Shown here piece by piece: positions 43,329-45,578 of a stretch of 45,578 nt of DNA. Position 1 is the first letter of the stretch. Each line of letters begins with the position of its first letter. The notes beneath the pieces were generated by a model. That model was not told the origin of the DNA and did no database searches. It worked only from the letters and a program-made list of their open reading frames with translations. Origin of the DNA: Armatimonadota bacterium (GTDB taxonomy: Bacteria > Armatimonadota > Hebobacteria > Hebobacterales > Hebobacteraceae); assembly GCA_050010895.1 (NCBI GenBank), contig JBEKKD010000002.1:1-45578 (forward strand), in the 5' to 3' direction. Position numbers and translations under genes: made by a program.

Positions 43329-45578
43329 ATGAGCAGCGCCACCATCGATCCGCGCCTGGCTGTGACTATTGCCGGGGTCAGGTTCAAGAACCCGTTCTTC
43401 CTCGCCTCCGGGCCGACCACCCACTCCGCGGACCAGCTTGCCCGCGGATGCGAGCTGGGCTGGTCCGGGGCGTCCATCAAGCTCACGTTCGACCCTCCGC
43501 CATACATCAACCGCGAGCCGCGGTATGGCTACTTCGAGCCGCAGGGCTTCCTCTCGTTCACCGCCGAGAAGCGCCTTGCTCTCGACCAGGCGGTGCAACT
43601 GGTTCAGGACTCGCTGCCCCGGGTGAGCAAAGACTTCGTGATCATGGCGAACTACAGCTACACCGGCGAGAAGGGCGTCGAGGGCTGGGTGAACATGGCG
43701 AAGGTGTTCGAGCGGGCCGGGTGCCACGTGCTCGAGCTGAACATGGGCTGCCCGAACATGTCCTTCAATGTGGCGCTGACCGGCGAGGCGCACGAGGGCG
43801 GACCCATAAGCGGCGCCTCTCTGGGCATGATTCCGGAGGCCGTAAGCGAGATCGTCAAGGCCACGGTGGCAGCGGTCTCCATCCCCGTGTTCGTGAAGCT
43901 CAGTCCCGAGGGCGCGAAGCTGCCCTTCTCCGCCAAGGCCGCTTACGACGCTGGGGCGGTGGCAGTCGGCTCGAATGCGAATCGGCTGGCGATCCCGCCG
44001 GTCGATATCTGGAACCCGAAGAAAGCGATCTACCACCTCCAGGAGCAAGTCTCCCTGAGCTGCATGTCCGGCCCATGGGCGAAGCCGCTTGCGCTCCGCG
44101 ATGTCTTCGAGATCCGCAAGCGCGGCGGTCCGCACGTCAGGGCGATAGCCACCGGGGGTGTCGAGACCTGGCAGGATGCGGTGGAAATGGCCTTCTACGG
44201 AGCGGATCTCATCGGCATCTGCACCGGGGTGCTGGTGCACGGATACGGCATCGTCGGCGATATCGCTGAGGGCGTCGTGCAGTACCTCGACAAGATGAAT
44301 TTTGCCGACTGGGGGGCGATGCGCGATCTGCTCGTGGAGGAAGTGACCTCCTCCGAGGACCTGACCCTCTATCCCGGCCACGGGCGAGTCAAGAATCCGC
44401 AGCTTTCGGCCCCATGCAAGTTCGCCTGCCCGAACCAGGTGCCGGCGCAGGCCTACGTTCAGAAGGTCGCGGATCGCGAATTCACGGAAGCGTATCGCCT
44501 GATCACATCCAAGAACCCGCTGCAATCCGTCTGCGGGTACATCTGCGCGCATCCCTGCGAGACGGCCTGCACGCGGGGCGACATTGACGATCCCATTCGC
44601 ATCCGCGACATCAAGCGCTTCGTGCTCGAATATGGCGCCGAGCAGGGCTGGAAGCCCGAGGTGGATCGCCTGCCGGGCAGCGGAAAGAACGTCGCCGTCG
44701 TCGGCTCAGGTCCGGCCGGAATAGCGTGCGCCTGGGATCTCGCCCGCGCCGGCCACGCGGTCACGGTCTTCGAGGCCGAAAAGAAGCCCGGCGGGATGAT
44801 GCGCTACGGCATACCAAGCTTCCGCCTGCCGGAGAACGTGCTGGATGCCGAGATCAATGCGCTGAAGGCGCTGGGTGTGAAAGTGAAGTGCAATGCTCGC
44901 CTTGGCAAGGACTTCACTCTCACCAGCCTCTCCGAAGATGGCTTCGACGCCACCTTCCTGGGACTTGGAACCTGGGCGGGACGGCGGCTGGACGTCCCGG
45001 GCGAGGACGCGAAGGGGGTTGTCTCGGCGGTGGACTTCCTGACCACCTATCGCCGCGGGCGAAAAGTGACCGTGGGCGAGCGCGTGGCCGTCGTCGGAGG
45101 CGGGTTCACGGCGATCGACGCGGCCAGGACGTCGGTCCGCCTGGGAGCGAAGGAAGTCTTTCTCTGCTACCGGCGCACGCGAGACGAGATGCCCGCCGAG
45201 GCCGACGAGGTGCTCAATGCCGAGGAAGAGGGCGTGCGGATCATCTACCTGGTGGCCCCGACGGCAGTTCTCAATAAGCGCAATCGCGTTGTCGGCCTCA
45301 GCATGCGCATCCACACCCTTGGCACACCCGACGCCTCGGGCCGGCGCCGTCCCGACCCCGTGACGGAGACCGAGTTTTCGCTGCCGTGCGATATGGTCAT
45401 CAACGCTATCAGCCAGGATGTTCAGGACCAGTTCGAGGGGATCGCGGTGAACCCGAACGGCACGCTTGTCTGCGATCTTGACACCGGCGCGACGGCCGTG
45501 GCCGGCGTATTCGCCGGCGGGGATGCCGCCACCGGTCCCGACACCGTGATCGCGGCCGTGGCCTCCGGGCGAAAAGCA
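43329..45578 (+). CDS. Partial (3'-truncated by the window) fusion oxidoreductase: an N-terminal DHOD/DPD (PreA)-like FMN barrel followed by a GltD/PreT-like Fe-S/FAD/NAD(P)H module
   Basis: This ORF is absent from the ORF track because no stop occurs before the window end. I translated it by hand from the ATG at 43329, which lies 8 nt after GAAGGAG. The frame is open for 750 codons. PreA-like motifs are FKNPFFLASGP, ELNMGCPNM, IPVFVKLSP and ATGGVETWQDAVE. GltD-like motifs are CKFACPNQ...NPLQSVCGYICAHPCETAC, VAVVGSGPAGIACAWDLARAGHAVTVFEAEKKPGGMMRYGIPSFRLP, VAVVGGGFTAIDAAR and GVFAGGDAATG. Confidence 0.8.
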   Translation, partial: MSSATIDPRLAVTIAGVRFKNPFFLASGPTTHSADQLARGCELGWSGASIKLTFDPPPYINREPRYGYFEPQGFLSFTAEKRLALDQAVQLVQDSLPRVSKDFVIMANYSYTGEKGVEGWVNMAKVFERAGCHVLELNMGCPNMSFNVALTGEAHEGGPISGASLGMIPEAVSEIVKATVAAVSIPVFVKLSPEGAKLPFSAKAAYDAGAVAVGSNANRLAIPPVDIWNPKKAIYHLQEQVSLSCMSGPWAKPLALRDVFEIRKRGGPHVRAIATGGVETWQDAVEMAFYGADLIGICTGVLVHGYGIVGDIAEGVVQYLDKMNFADWGAMRDLLVEEVTSSEDLTLYPGHGRVKNPQLSAPCKFACPNQVPAQAYVQKVADREFTEAYRLITSKNPLQSVCGYICAHPCETACTRGDIDDPIRIRDIKRFVLEYGAEQGWKPEVDRLPGSGKNVAVVGSGPAGIACAWDLARAGHAVTVFEAEKKPGGMMRYGIPSFRLPENVLDAEINALKALGVKVKCNARLGKDFTLTSLSEDGFDATFLGLGTWAGRRLDVPGEDAKGVVSAVDFLTTYRRGRKVTVGERVAVVGGGFTAIDAARTSVRLGAKEVFLCYRRTRDEMPAEADEVLNAEEEGVRIIYLVAPTAVLNKRNRVVGLSMRIHTLGTPDASGRRRPDPVTETEFSLPCDMVINAISQDVQDQFEGIAVNPNGTLVCDLDTGATAVAGVFAGGDAATGPDTVIAAVASGRKA

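Noticed and set aside
43134-45314. 472-aa and 202-aa - strand ORFs (43134..44552 and 44706..45314)
   Set aside because: They are antisense to the hand-translated + strand PreA/GltD-like ORF, whose Rossmann and FMN-barrel motifs are unambiguous.
1-45578. Search for CRISPR arrays, IS elements, integrases, prophage genes or toxin-antitoxin pairs, including around the tRNA genes
   Set aside because: By eye I found no direct-repeat/spacer arrays, no transposase or integrase-like ORFs, and no small paired ORFs typical of TA modules. The tRNA genes are flanked by housekeeping-type genes.

Overview
45.6 kb of high-GC bacterial chromosome covering the replication-origin neighbourhood. I call 30 protein-coding genes and 2 tRNAs. 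I saw no rRNA, CRISPR array, transposase or integrase. The ORF track omits ORFs that run off the window edge, so the last gene (43329..45578) was found by translating the sequence directly. Left to right: (-) a ManC-like nucleotidyltransferase fused to a degenerate PMM-like module, a GT4 glycosyltransferase, DUF721/DciA, recF and dnaN; (-) a LysM/Ig-like secreted protein and a DUF4349 protein; (+) a ModA-like lipoprotein, a small membrane ORF, pdxT and an mlaE-mlaF-mlaD(long)-DUF362 operon; (-) a GH5 glycosidase, holA, araD and a 475-aa secreted unknown; a DnaA-box cluster; (+) dnaA; an AT-rich (TTA)n spacer; (+) a 1532-aa thioester alpha-2-macroglobulin; a strong terminator; a near-consensus promoter overlapped by a DtxR/IdeR-type iron box, driving dtxR-like, feoB and an HTH-degenerate DtxR/FeoA paralog; (-) a 1315-aa S55 peptidase/beta-propeller/Ig protein; tRNA-Tyr and tRNA-Thr; (-) an 854-aa secreted unknown with nagA; (-) kdgK, eda-like and uxuB-like SDR genes; (+) a partial PreA-like/GltD-like fusion oxidoreductase preceded by a terminator-like leader hairpin. 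The most unusual points are: a T2SS-pseudopilin (GspG)-like module plus a Gly/Arg tract inside the bait region of the macroglobulin; a feo operon that has no standalone feoA but two DtxR-FeoA fusion proteins, one with a degenerate HTH; dnaA separated from an inverted dnaN-recF-dciA block, with a possibly bipartite origin; an MlaD with a long helical and beta-rich C-terminus translationally coupled to DUF362; and a reversed-order dihydropyrimidine-dehydrogenase-like fusion. All family assignments come from motif recognition by eye. No database search was run.
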